From: Podarcis erhardii
Taxonomy: Eukaryota
DNA: 64,000 bases
Strand: one strand, 5' to 3'
NCBI GenBank assembly: GCA_964252035.1
Contig: OZ176201.1
Shown here piece by piece: positions 1 to 11,373 of this stretch. The position numbers and the translations under genes are program-made. The number at the start of each line of letters is the position of its first letter. The stretch's first letter is position 1. The notes under the pieces were generated by a model. That model was given only the letters and a program-made list of their open reading frames with translations. It had not been told where the DNA came from and did no database searches.

Positions 1-215
1 ATGAACATTTCATTTATATATTTGAGACCTTAAATTCTTATAACAACAAGGTTAGTGAAATGCAGGAGAAAAAGTGAGTAAGGATGAAAGTGGGGTGCAA
101 AGGGTTTTTTGTTTGTTTGGTTTTTTATATATATACAAAAAATGAAGGAGTAAGAGGCACAGGAATAGGGATAAAGATTAAAACGGGGTTACACGTGGGG
201 CTGCAAGATAGAGAG

Positions 216-964
216 TGTCATGGGCCAGGACTCAGCTTCACCTGCTGAACAGCGGTGAGAAGGGGGAGTGGCTTCAAGGACACAGAGGAAAAGGCACTGA
301 CGAGAACCAGCGGGCTTCAGCTTTCTTAAGCAGAGCTTCCAGCAGCAGTCAGATTCTGGAAACAATGCTTGCCATTCCTGGCCCTGCCTTGCTGCCTCCT
401 GCTCATCCTGACCATCAGATTCCCTGACCCCTGGACTGTCTGACCACATGGATTGCTGTTTGCACCACAGAGACCCTTCTGGTTGGTTGGTCTCCCACTC
501 CACTGAGCTCTGCATGTTGCTGCTCAGCCAGGAGACTACGACACAGGGGGAAGGTGGCTCCATAATTGGGCAGAAGGTAGAAGGGTGCTTAGTAGTTGCA
601 ATGTGATGGAGGAGGACGATGCAGGGAGTTACCAAGGGAGTGGTCTGTGTGCAAGGGGGGAGTGGATTCTAAAAAAGGGGGAGGGGAGGATGCATGGATA
701 TGGGCGTGAAGATAGTAGGCATGCAGAGCGAGGTTGAAGAGCAGAAGAGAAAAGCTGGGATGTTTTCTTGGTTGGGCACATGGTTCAGCAAGCAAAGTGT
801 CTTGTGGGGACAGGTTTGCCAGAGGGGTGACTAAGAGGTAGGTTGTGGGGGCAGAGTTTCCCTAGGATGGATTTTTCCTGTGGTTTCAGAAGTTCTAGTG
901 AATAAAGTTTATTTGCTGGTTCTCTTATTAAATTGGCTTCCTCCTATCCTGTCCTGGCATTACA
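216..964 (+). mobile_element. Possible solo LTR
   Basis: TGTCA...TACA termini with an imperfect terminal inverted repeat (tgtcatgggccaggac / gtcctggcattaca) and AATAAA at 901. No TSD found. Confidence 0.35.
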
Positions 965-1321
965 TGGGCATTTAAGTGGAATGCAGATTGTTGTGGGATA
1001 AGTAGAAGAATGGTAAAACTATTTAAATGTTTGCCAAGCTTTTCATTTGATTTTCATGCTTTTATCTGTTTTATTTTAATTGACCCAGCTTCATGCACTT
1101 GCCTTACTGTTGTTGTTGTTTTTAATTTGCATAAATCAAAGCTTTTTTAAACAAAAAAAAGCAACTCATGGTCACTATTTTGGTGTGAGTTATATTGTTT
1201 ATGTTTGTTTCTAACATGTGGATTGGGGGGGCAGAAAGGAGGGGTAGTAAATAAATAAATGCCAAATGTAGTTTCAAAAGTCCTAGTTATTGCATACATT
1301 TTAAATAATATTAATTCTAAC

Positions 1322-1465
1322 AATAATTTTATTTTTTATACCCCACACATCAGGCTGGGTTTGCCCACCCCAGCGACTCTGGGCAGCTTACAGCATATCT
1401 AAAATATAATAAAAACATCAAACATTAAAAACCTCCTAATACAGGGCTGCCTTCTGATGTCTTAA
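1322..1465 (-). mobile_element. L2-type LINE 3' end remnant
   Basis: The reverse complement reads tgtaagctgcccagagtcgctggggtgggcaaacccagcctgatgtgtggggtataaaa followed by an (ATT)-like tail, typical of squamate L2 3' ends (recalled). Confidence 0.5.
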
Positions 1466-2139
1466 ACAATAAGCTGCAATATGCTTTGTTTTGCATGTTA
1501 TGTCCACTATGAATTGCTTGAAGCATCAGAGTATTTTAGGTTCTGGAACTGTTATATAGTGATACAGTATTTAATGAATGAAAAGACCTTTTAGTGTAGC
1601 ATGTTGCGCTAAGGACTTTCCATGTTCAGTCACGCTCCAAAATGCCAGGAAATTTCAGCAACAAACGGCCTTAACAGAAACATTGTTTAGGCACTAGAGA
1701 TATGGTATGGTATCCTATGTTGTGGTGCATTCAAGCTTCACCACTACCTTATTGTTGGGTGGCTGTCACTGGCAAAGGGGTGGACCCAAGTCCCAGGTTT
1801 ATCAGGTCACTGGAATAAATACCTTGTGTCTGTGTAGTTGAATTCACCATGCAGCTGAAGGTACTATCCCATGTTACAAGTACCCAGCTGGCAACCAATC
1901 TCATCCACATCAAATCTGGTATGTACCATTCTCAGATTTACTCAGGCCATCAGCCTGACCCACCAGGCTCTCCTTACATTTCTAAATTAGGCGAAGCACA
2001 TTAATCTGTGGAATTAGTGGGCATTATTATTTTAAGGGGGAGTCTCCCTCCCACCCTTGCTTTCATTCCTTCACTGGATTATCATACCTCCTGTCTAAAA
2101 AAACCCCCTGTCAAGCAATCTGTTGGCCTGTGTTGCAAG

Positions 2140-2331
2140 CATAGGAGCCAGCTCCTAGGGGCTGAGGTCCCTTCAGCCTCAATAAAATATTTGAGGGGGC
2201 CAGCCCCCCCCCAAAAAAGTTGATGGGCATTGCCATTCAAATGGTGTGTGTGCATGATGTCTTGTGATCAATTATGCAGGGTGGTGCTTACCTGTCCCCC
2301 CCCCCCCATTTTATTTAAGTTGGTACTCCTG
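2140..2331. mobile_element. hAT-type non-autonomous element (MITE) with 8-bp TSD
   Basis: Perfect TSD GTTGCAAG (2132-2139 and 2332-2339); imperfect TIR cataggagcca / ttggtactcctg; paralogous to 11374-11564. Confidence 0.8.
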
Positions 2332-4186
2332 GTTGCAAGTGAGTACTCTTCCACCCACAACCATTAGGGAGGGTGTGGGGAGTGATGGTGAAGTGCTGGA
2401 GAGGAGAGTTGTACATGCCCCACAGATTGCACAGTAATCTCTAAGCTAGCCTCCTGTTCTCGGGTACAGTGAAGAACACTGGGCTGTTGTTGCTATTGAA
2501 ATAATATTCAGCTGCTGCCAGGCCAGTCAGCTTCTACCTATGAGAGTGGAGACCATCTTGTTGAACCTTGGGCAGCAAAATGTATTGAGCTGGGGCTTAT
2601 GCCACCTCCATTTAGTGTGTCCCCTCATAAATACCTTGCTTCAAAAGGCACCATTGTGTCTGGGAAGGAAGGCTTGGAGAGATCAATCCAATCAGGACAA
2701 AATGGCTTTGAGAGTTCCCACCAGAACCTTTTATTTAAATGTTAGCTCAAAACTTTGACAGGTCCCACATGGAGATGTTTCACTTTTCTATTAATAATTG
2801 AGTAGATTCCAAAGAGCATCGCTTCAAATTGCTCTGGAGGTTGCTCGCAAATAGACATTATAGTCATAATGTACAGGATCTTCCGTCCAGATCATTGCAA
2901 AACCACTTTACGATTGGGACAGACTAATCTGCTAAAATGGTTCAGATTGCTTGAGCAGAGCTACCTCTAACCTCCAACTACTCAGTGTGTTTTTTAAAAA
3001 AATAAAATAAAAAATACTCAGGCATAAAAAATAAGGCCCCTTTACCACGCAACTTTGTGATGACTTTTATGACCATAAATGATTGCATGAACTGGTCCTC
3101 GGAGCTAGCTAAATCACTGGGAAAGTATAGATTCAAAACTGCAAATGTACCTGGAGTCTGAAAGCAGAAAATTAAAGGATGCCATTTCTGCTGCACAACA
3201 TCAGTGTATGAGGAGGCTCAGGGAGCAGATTGCTGGCCTGTGAACAGCACGAGAGCTTGAAATGATAGCTGTCCACTGCAAGATTAAGCATCTAGGAAAA
3301 GAAAGGGGGTGAAAAAGCAAAGACAGCTGCAGAGACTACAGCAGTCCTTTAAAGAGCCAATAATCTGCACTACAAAAATACAAGCAGACAGGATAAGCAA
3401 TACTTCATTAATGTCTGGACATAAAAATTGCTAGATTTTAAAAAGTCAAATACAGGTATAAGCCCATTTCATTCTGCAAAGGATAGACTTTTTTTTTGCA
3501 AACTTTTCTAAAGGTCAGCATTAGACAAACATATTAATCATTGTTTACTAAATTACTAATCAGATCACAAATATTAGCATCCACTGTTGTGGAATTTCAA
3601 CAGGACCACATCCTCAGTTTGCAGTATATTATGCCATTCAGGTCCTGTGGAACTAAATATGTAGCCATAGGAAGAAACTGCAGCTTTCCACTCTGAAGAA
3701 GAATTAATCCACCACCACATGGCACCATCACTGGGGTGTCCAGATGTTGTAGTGCTAACAGATACAGTATAATCCAGGAACTACTTAACAAAGGTCAGAT
3801 ATAGAATCATCTCCCATAAAGAGATGGAAAAAAGAGTCTCTTGATCATAGCTAGCCTTTGAGAACTATACATTTGCTTCTCTTCATTTTTTTAAAAAATA
3901 TAATGCCTCAGATAATAGGAACATTCAACATAACTACAAATCTATGTGGATTTAATTCTTTAGGTTATTTTTTAAAAATTAAATGCAGTGAGAAATCCTT
4001 GTTAGGTAGTTCAAAGAATATCCTAACTGCATGGTTTTTAAAAGCATTTAAACATTTTCTTCAAGGAAACAATGAAGCAAAGAAGACTGTTCAAGGAGTT
4101 TTGATTACTTGATTGTAGAGAGTTTTAAAACAGAGACTGCATATTCCTCAGGACAATGTGTTTGGTTGCTGGGACACATTGATATA

Positions 4187-4395
4187 CTGTGGTACCTCTG
4201 GTTATGAACTTAATTCATTCCGGAGGTCCGTTCTTAACCTGAGGTACCACTTTAGCTAATGGGGCCTCCCACTGCCGTAACACAACTGCTGAGCGATTTC
4301 TGTTCTCATCCTGAGGTAAAGTTCTTAACCCGAGGTACTACTTCCAGGTTAGTGGAGTCTGTAACCCAAAGTGTTTGTAACCTGAGGTACCACTG
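4187..4395. mobile_element. Tigger/pogo-like (Tc1-mariner) MITE
   Basis: TIR c(t/a)gtggtacctc...gaggtaccactg flanked by TA; near-identical relatives at 27509, 31158 and 49854. Confidence 0.85.
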
Positions 4396-5363
4396 TACTG
4401 TTTTTGGTTTTTTTAAGCGGGGGGGGGGGGGAGGAGTACCTGGGATTATCTGGAGTTGGGAAGTGACAATGAGGCTACAGTGTGTGTGAAACACTGGGGC
4501 AGGGAGACCTACCAACCTAAATGCTTATTTGGTTTAGTCGCTGGGGCATACGATGACTACAGCCAGTAGAATACAGAGGGGAACAACAAATCCCAAAAGG
4601 CATTTCAGTGGCAAAACGCAACCCCTGTCTGTCAATAATAATTTTTATTAGTTTTTAATTACAATAATCCAAGAATAGCCTCATTGTAACAATGGCAAAT
4701 TACAATTACTAATACCAATCATTTAGATGCCAAATTATATCATTTATGTGGCCCCCCGCATGCTAGAATTTATAGTTTGATGATTTACTTTATTTCTGCG
4801 TTTCAAAATCTTATTAATTTCAATTACACTCCAGTCAAAATAACAATCCCTTAAACAACAACTGCAATATTTACGGCTTCCATTCGTATCGACACATTAA
4901 ATGATTTATAAATCTACAGGTGAAGCATTCAAGCTATAGCCTTGTTCTTCCTGTGTGTGGCAATAATTCTGTCCGTGTTGTTTCTTCCTGTCCTTGTACA
5001 ATATTATGTCTATCTTTTCCCGCTTGTTGTTGTTCTCCATCATGCCTTGGGTGGAGCTAATAGCCCCTGTGAGTCAAGCATTTGCTTCAGTCCCAGTGAT
5101 TGTAAGAGCAAGAGGGCGGAATGGGTTTGGATGTGGACTAAGAATAGGTAGCACTTGCTCTGGAAAAGGGTGAAAAATCTAGATTTCTATTTGCTTGTTC
5201 AGTAATTGCACTTCCACCTATGGACACCTGCACTGTCATTACTTTTCATGATGCTTTGCTAGCTGGATGGTATGTTATGAAGGCATCCATGAAAATCTTG
5301 CCCCCTAATGCTGCCTGTATCCAGAGGGTGAAGTTTTGGACCTTGAGGAACTGGCAAGAATAT

Positions 5364-5545
5364 AAGAACACAGGAAGCTGACTCATACGGAGTTAGTTCA
5401 TTGGTCTATCTAGCTCAGTACTGTCCTCACTTGTTGACATTGGCTCTCCAGGGTTTCAGACAAAGTACATTCCCAGTCCTACCTGAAGATGCCAGGGACA
5501 GGATCTGGAACTTTTTGCATGCAAAGCAGATGCTCTAACCATTGA
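5364..5545 (-). mobile_element. tRNA-derived SINE (Squam2/Anolis-SINE2-like)
   Basis: The reverse complement has a tRNA-like head (gagcatctgctttgcatgc) and a 3' end tagaccaatgaactaactccgtatgagtcagcttcctgtgttc; related copies at 16858, 17641 and 32936. Confidence 0.7.
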
Positions 5546-7523
5546 TGTGCTACACATAGGATAGTTGCTGAGGACCACTAAGTAATAAAAGAGAGTAATA
5601 AAAGAAAGATCTGTTGCCTTCCTTCATTACGAAGGCAGTTCATGGCCTCTTATGGAAAAAGGGGGTAGTCTGAGAAGGAAATAGCTTGCAGTCCAGAGCA
5701 ATCTTCCTTAGTAGTTTCCTTGCTTGCCAGTCTAGGTTGTTTCCTCGCTTGCCTTTTTCTCTGGAACTGCCAACCCTTGTTCACTTACATTTCACTGAAA
5801 ATCCACACAATGTCTATTTGCAGATGCCTACTTCTGGAATATTTGCCTTCACTTGTTTGTGCAAAATTTGCATAGAGATTGCATGTTATTTCTATCAAGG
5901 GTCTGTCACCCCACACTTTCTGGTGCACTTCTCCATAATTTCTCATGCTACAGAAAGCTGAGTTTTTAGAAAGTGTATTTTTGTGCAAGAGTGTTGTAGT
6001 GCTGCTGCTGCTATTTATTGCAATCTATCCACTTTCTTTGCAGGGGGAGAGGAGGTTATGGAGGTGCACTTTATTGCATCAGGGATATAAGCAAACATGT
6101 ACCTGAATGGGGGAGATATCTACGCAAAATAGCTGAAATCTGGAAGTGACCATTGTCATGTCAAACTGCTTGATGCCAGTGTTTTCTGTTTTCTGTGTTT
6201 TGCTAGGACCCCTATCCTGCTTTGTAGCAAATGTCCGTCTACTGTTAACTGGTAACACGCTATTAAGGCTTTTAAGAGAAGCTAGTTCTTCTTTGCAGGT
6301 TCAGTCCATTTCATTGCTTTTCTCACTCTGGACAGTTTCTGAAATAAATCGATTCATTCATTGCTTTCCTGGTCTGCACAGGTAGGAAATCAGTGCTGAA
6401 CTGCTCCTAAACGGTTCCTGATTTAGTCAGGTTTGGGGCCTCATGGGGTGGTATTAAATTACTTGTTGCTGTCTATTATTCCCACCCCCCTTTCCCTTCT
6501 ATTATAGTGAAATAGTGCAATTTGGTACTAATCTCCCAGCCTCTTTGACTGGGGAAGCAATAAAACTGGCTAAACTTGCAAACTGGAAAATTTCAATTAG
6601 CCTTTGGAAGAACCTTTGCTAAATGAAACTTACTTGGTAGTAGACATTGTAGGAAGATCTTGGCCATGGGGAAGGGCATTGCTAGTTAATATAGCATTAC
6701 ATTAAGAGTGATCAGGGGCCACTGTTTTAATTCTACTTCCAGATAATTGAGGAAAAACAATGTCTCAGTAGCACTAAAAGCTCTAATATACATCCTCTGG
6801 GACCTCTCCTTTCCCCACTCTGAAGTCAAATGGATTGGCGAAAGGACTCTTTTTTTAATTGCCACCTGAGCTTGCTGATTCCCCTTGTGAGCAGTGCAAA
6901 GTGAAATCCTTTTGGTTCACCTTCAGGCAAGTTGTTGAGCAGGTTGGTTTTCCAGGGCGGCTGGACCCTGTTGCTCCCCAGAGAGTTGACAAAGGCTGTT
7001 CCCAATGATCTCTTTCAGATGACCTTTTTCCTAAGCATATATTCTGATTATTTATTCCATTATTTATTCAGTCACCCCACACTTTTCACGGCAATTTCCC
7101 CATTACTTTCTTAATTGCAAGAAGGCTTTTGCTCTTTAAAACTGAATTTGTTGCACTAGGGTTCTAAATGTGTAAACCTAAATTTTCTGGCATATACTTG
7201 AATCATTTCCACTTGTATACCACTGACTGGCCATCTTTGCTTCGCTATTCCTTTTTCTAGCACCATCTTCTCATTTTGTTTTCCTTCTTCCTGTTTTGTT
7301 TGTTTGTGAGTCAAAGGATTTAATCCTTAGTTCCCATCTACAGAATATAACATTGGGGTAATGTTTAAGCTGGAGTATATGTAATACTACTTAGGAGTGA
7401 AGAATATCACTTGTGTGCTCTACAGAACACCTAGCATGCTACTGGTTTGGTAACTACTAGCAGTCATTGCAGAGGTACCCTGGAAAATTCTTCCTTGCTG
7501 CATGAAGGTAAATTTGCAGCTTT

Positions 7524-8095
7524 GGGAACATACAGATGTAAGAAGAAACTACTGGGTCAGGCTGATGGCCCATCTAGTGCAACATCCTGTTCTCACAGTG
7601 GCCAGCCAGATGGTTGTGGGAAATGTTTCTCCTCCTGCAATTTCCAGAACCGGTATTCAAAAGCTTACTGCCTCCAGCCATGGAGGAAAGCATAGTCCTC
7701 ATGGAGAGTAGCCATTGATAGGCTTATTCTCCATGAATTTGTCTCATCCTCTTTCAAAGTTGGCGGCTATCACTGCCTTCTGTGGGAGTTCCATAGTTCA
7801 ACTATACCCTCTTAATGTGCTTTCTCTTATCTGTCCTGAACATTCACACACATTCACACACATGTTCTAGTGCTGGGAGGAGGAAAGAGAGGAAAGCTTT
7901 TCTCATCCACTTTCTTCATGCCTTGCACAATTTTATAAATTTCTACCATGTCACCCCTTACTCACCTTTTATCTTAACTAAAAAGTTGCAAATGCTGCCA
8001 CCTTTCCTCCATTCCCTGGATCATTTGGGTTGCATTTTTCTTAACCTTGCCCAACTCTTCCATAGCCTTTTTGAGGTGAGGCTTTCTAGAGCTAA
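7524..8095 (-). mobile_element. Degenerate CR1 LINE 3' fragment
   Basis: Resembles the reverse complement of a CR1 ORF2 C-terminus plus 3' UTR (recalled consensus); no intact ORF. Confidence 0.55.
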
Positions 8096-8443
8096 TCAGC
8101 ACTTAAGCATATTACTATTATCATTCCAAGTTCTTTATATTCTTCCTGTTTTACAAGGAGGAGTTAGCGCTGAAGCTGTAGAACAACAACAACACCTTCC
8201 TGCCCAGTCAGGAGTGGCTGGCCAGCATCCAGTCTCTTATTTTCTTCTGGACCACCACCAGCATCCAATATCTGAATGTGCTTCACTGTGTCAGGCTGCA
8301 AGCACCAACAAATTCCACCCTACTTGGCCAGCTGCTCTTACCAAGCCTATCAACAGTTGGCATCAGGCTCCCATCTTCCCACCTTCCCTTTTCATCTAAA
8401 CTTCAAAGAAAACATCCCATAGTTTGACCCTGTCTAAAACCAT

Positions 8444-8584
8444 NNNNNNNNNNNNNNNNNNNNNNNNNNNNNNNNNNNNNNNNNNNNNNNNNNNNNNNNN
8501 NNNNNNNNNNNNNNNNNNNNNNNNNNNNNNNNNNNNNNNNNNNNNNNNNNNNNNNNNNNNNNNNNNNNNNNNNNNNNNNNNNNN
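8444..8584. other. Assembly gap (141 N)
   Basis: Run of N. Confidence 0.99.
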
Positions 8585-8824
8585 TTGTGGTACCTGGGGC
8601 AGGTGACCCTGTTCCCTCAACTTCGCAACGCTCCTGTTCCGTGTCATTATTTCAGAACACGTCGTTCGAGTGATTTTTAAGATGCTGACGATTAGAAGGA
8701 TGGGGAAGATGAGATCCCTGGGTCAACCGTTTCTCGCTGGCTCGGCACTGCACCGGAAACCCCCACCCCACCCCTTATAGCCTGATCCCCTTCCCAATGC
8801 TTCCCTCCTCTCCCCAAGTGCCCG

Positions 8825-8839
8825 GGTTGCTTAGCAACC
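8825..8839. promoter_or_regulatory. RFX-type X-box palindrome
   Basis: GGTTGCT-T-AGCAACC is a perfect inverted repeat matching the GTNRCY-N(0-3)-RGYAAC X-box consensus, ~940 nt upstream of the ATG. Confidence 0.55.
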
Positions 8840-9445
8840 GCCACCATCAGCACCATCCATCCTTCCTTCTTGCAATAGAATGCTTAGTAGCATGCTGTGC
8901 GTGTCTTTGCTTGGCAAATCGGCCCTCTCTCCTCTTCCAGCCGAAGGCGGTCAGCAGAAGCGGGTAAAGGTGCTCGCTTTGGGAATCGCGGTTGGAACTC
9001 TCTCGCGGCTCCCAGATGCAGCCTCGCGCACGTGCAACCAAAGGGGTTTAGGAGGAGAAAGAAAGAAAGCTCGCTTGGCACCACGCATGTGTTGATCTCC
9101 GCTGCAGCAGCGGCGGAGGCAGCAGCAGTATCCGCACCAGCCCCGTATGCGTCGTTTCCACTTTGACCTCCGACTTAATCTGCATCGAGGCAGAAGCTTT
9201 TCTTGCGCTCTCGCGCCCCCTCCCATTGCGCGCAATCCTTCCTCTGCCCTCCCCCTGCGCGCACCTCCCCAGCCCCCTCTCTGTGATGGATTGTGTGGGA
9301 TTCTTCTTCTCCTTCCTCCCCCTTTGCCTGTTCCAGTAGTGTGTGTACGTGTGATCCTCGCCTCCCTCCTCCCCCCCCTCACCTCGACCCCTTTCTCCCA
9401 ATTCTCTAAATCTGGAAGCTGCTGCTGTTGCGCTAGCCGTAGCAG

Positions 9446-9481
9446 ATGCTTGGACCCGTCAAGGGGTTCGCGAGGATCTGA
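9446..9481 (+). other. Upstream ORF, 11 aa (MLGPVKGFARI*), weak context
   Basis: Read directly from the sequence; C at -3; relevant only if the TSS lies upstream of 9446. Confidence 0.3.
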
Positions 9482-9574
9482 TTTTTATATCTTTCTCCCC
9501 CCCCTCCCCCGATAGCAAATCACCGAATATTAATTCAGCAGCTGGGAAAGAGCGAGAGCAAGCGAGCGAGCGCA

Positions 9575-9604
9575 ATGTATCATCCTACTGGCGGGACCTG
9601 GTAA
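9575..9604 (+). other. Upstream ORF, 9 aa (MYHPTGGTW*), in the putative 5' UTR
   Basis: ATG TAT CAT CCT ACT GGC GGG ACC TGG TAA with G at -3; no other ATG lies between it and the main ATG. The transcription start site is unknown. Confidence 0.45.
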
Positions 9605-9774
9605 CAGGAGGGAGGGGGGCCTCGCCATCACCCCCACCCTTACAGATCACTAAATAAAGAAGGGGACGGATCCGTCGGCAACCGAGAGGAAAAAGGGGGC
9701 GGGAAAGTGTGTGGGGTTGAGGGGGGGAGAGGGAGAGAGAGAGAGAAGGGGAGAGAGAGAGAAAGAGGGAGAGG

Positions 9775-9881
9775 ATGAGTCCTCGAAATCCGCCCAGCCA
9801 AGGCAGCCTTTCAGTGCTGGATGCAGCGTCTCCTCTCAAAATGATGGTGCGGGCGCTGCTCCTCTTTTCGCTCATCCAGGG
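9775..9881 (+). CDS. GABRG2: GABA-A receptor gamma-2 subunit, coding exon 1 (signal peptide)
   Basis: ATG at 9775 (A at -3) reads MSPRNPPSQGSLSVLDAASPLKMMVRALLLFSLIQ-G. Length is 107 nt, ending GG|GTAAG in phase 2, which matches the recalled human exon-1 coding length and joins exon 2 in frame. Lies in a CpG island. Confidence 0.9.
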
Positions 9882-9904
9882 GTAAGCTGTGCTTTCTGTT
9901 TGCT

Positions 9905-9966
9905 ACCGCGGGCTGGGGGTAGGCTGTTGGGGTGGGGGGTGGGGGTGATGGAGGGGGAGGGGGGAA
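9905..9966 (+). other. G-run tract with G-quadruplex potential at the start of intron 1
   Basis: At least six runs of G3-G6 within ~60 nt, starting ~25 nt after the exon-1 donor. Confidence 0.6.
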
Positions 9967-10835
9967 GAAGATGCCGATTATAAATGCACAGGGCTGCAGA
10001 GGAACCCCTGCGTTTTCCCTTGCCCCCCCCCTTCCTAGATCTATTCCCAACCATCACGATGAACATATTCTTTTCGGCTTTGTGCGCTGGGAATCCAGGG
10101 CCCACAGCGTAGATTTATGCGGGCGCGGGGGGGGGGGGTCGGTGAGTTCTGGGGTGGGGAGAGAGGCGTCATTCCCATGAAGGTTCCCCCTCCCTCCCTC
10201 CCTGCAGTTTATCGACTGCTTCCACGCAAGGAATGGCACGGGAGAGCCTAATGGGGAGGACAGCGCGGACAGCTTCTCGAATGGGCAGCCATAGCGGCGG
10301 GGCTGGGTGGTTTGGGTTTTTGGCATTATTCTGGGTAGTGCTCTGCGCTGGCGTGTTTCCCCATCCCCCTGCTGGGCCGAAGGGCGGCTCACAGACCCCC
10401 ACATTCGCCAAAAAATGCTGTCCCTGCCTGGCAAGGCTCCCCGTTCCCCGGAGCCGGGAGTGATGGCATGCAGAAGCCCGCATCTCCCTCTCGCCCGATG
10501 ACAGTTTATCGCTCTCTTCGGCAAATATTTACACTGACGTTGCAATGGGTGTACCGCTTTCGCAGGGGCGCCGTCAGCTGCACTATACATGCGAGCTGTG
10601 TGATTACATATGCATATGTGTGTTTTCTGTGCACTGAACGTCATGGTACGTAAGAAAATAGGTTGTAGAGAAAGGATGCTGTGGGGGATGGAATAGGAAA
10701 CGATGGTTCCTGTGGTGCATAAGTACTGGGCTGCTGAACGAGGCGTTTTGAGATTTTGTGTACCGTGCGTTTTATAGCAGGTTTGCATCCCAAAGTAGCA
10801 AAGCATTGCCAACTGCTCAGCCATTCATGCCCCCG

Positions 10836-10856
10836 ACTGCTTTCCGTGGTAGTGAC
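10836..10856 (-). promoter_or_regulatory. Degenerate RE1/NRSE-like motif in intron 1
   Basis: The minus strand reads GTCACTACCACGGAAAGCAGT, 14/21 identical to TTCAGCACCACGGACAGCGCC. The CAGCACC core has two mismatches. Confidence 0.25.
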
Positions 10857-11373
10857 ACAAGCTCGATTTCCGTGGGTGCATGAAGGCAAAGAGGCACCTC
10901 CTCCCCTTTGTTATAATATTTGGCAATAGGAGAGCAGAGGCAATGCTTTACGTTCTTCTCTGGCTGGCTTCCCTTCCCCTTTACCTGCCATATTGAAGAA
11001 GTGAACCAGCGTGATTCTTGGAGAAATGGCCAAGCTCACAACGTGCTGCTCCAGTACTAAAATTTTTTTCATTTCAACTTCTAGATATGGGAAGGTGGGG
11101 AGTGCAGTCTTGCCTATATTATTAGTCTTAAACATAACATGCTTAACAAGTCGTGTTTTACTTTGCTCATTTGCATCCTCTTAAAAGGTGGGGAAATCTG
11201 AAATAGAAATGGGAACATTAGTAATAAATTCAACAATGGGACAGATTTGGTGGAGGGGAACTTACGTTTTTGTAAAAACAAGATGTGTTTATAATCTTGT
11301 GTTTGGTTTCCTAAAGTATTATATTCCAAGCAGGGATATTCAGGTACCAGGGCCTTAAATCAACATTGTGGTC

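Larger units (their letters stand above)
8620..10880. promoter_or_regulatory. CpG island covering the GABRG2 promoter, 5' UTR, exon 1 and 5' end of intron 1
   Basis: CpG and GC content rise sharply against the CpG-depleted flanks; the region surrounds the start codon. Boundaries judged by eye. Confidence 0.85.

Noticed and set aside
189-635. 148-aa minus-strand ORF
   Set aside because: Lies inside an LTR-like segment with no gag/pol motifs.
7815-8399. 194-aa ORF on the + strand
   Set aside because: Overlaps the antisense strand of a decayed CR1 remnant and has no coherent protein features.
1-8400. 3' end of the neighbouring cluster gene GABRA1
   Set aside because: No GABA-A alpha coding sequence was recognised in this interval.
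8847-10889. Many overlapping long ORFs in the CpG island (e.g. 10054-10824, 256 aa; 8951-9382; 9147-9515)
   Set aside because: Low-complexity G/R/P-rich translations expected from stop-poor GC-rich DNA, with no recognisable domain. The real coding part is only 9775-9881.
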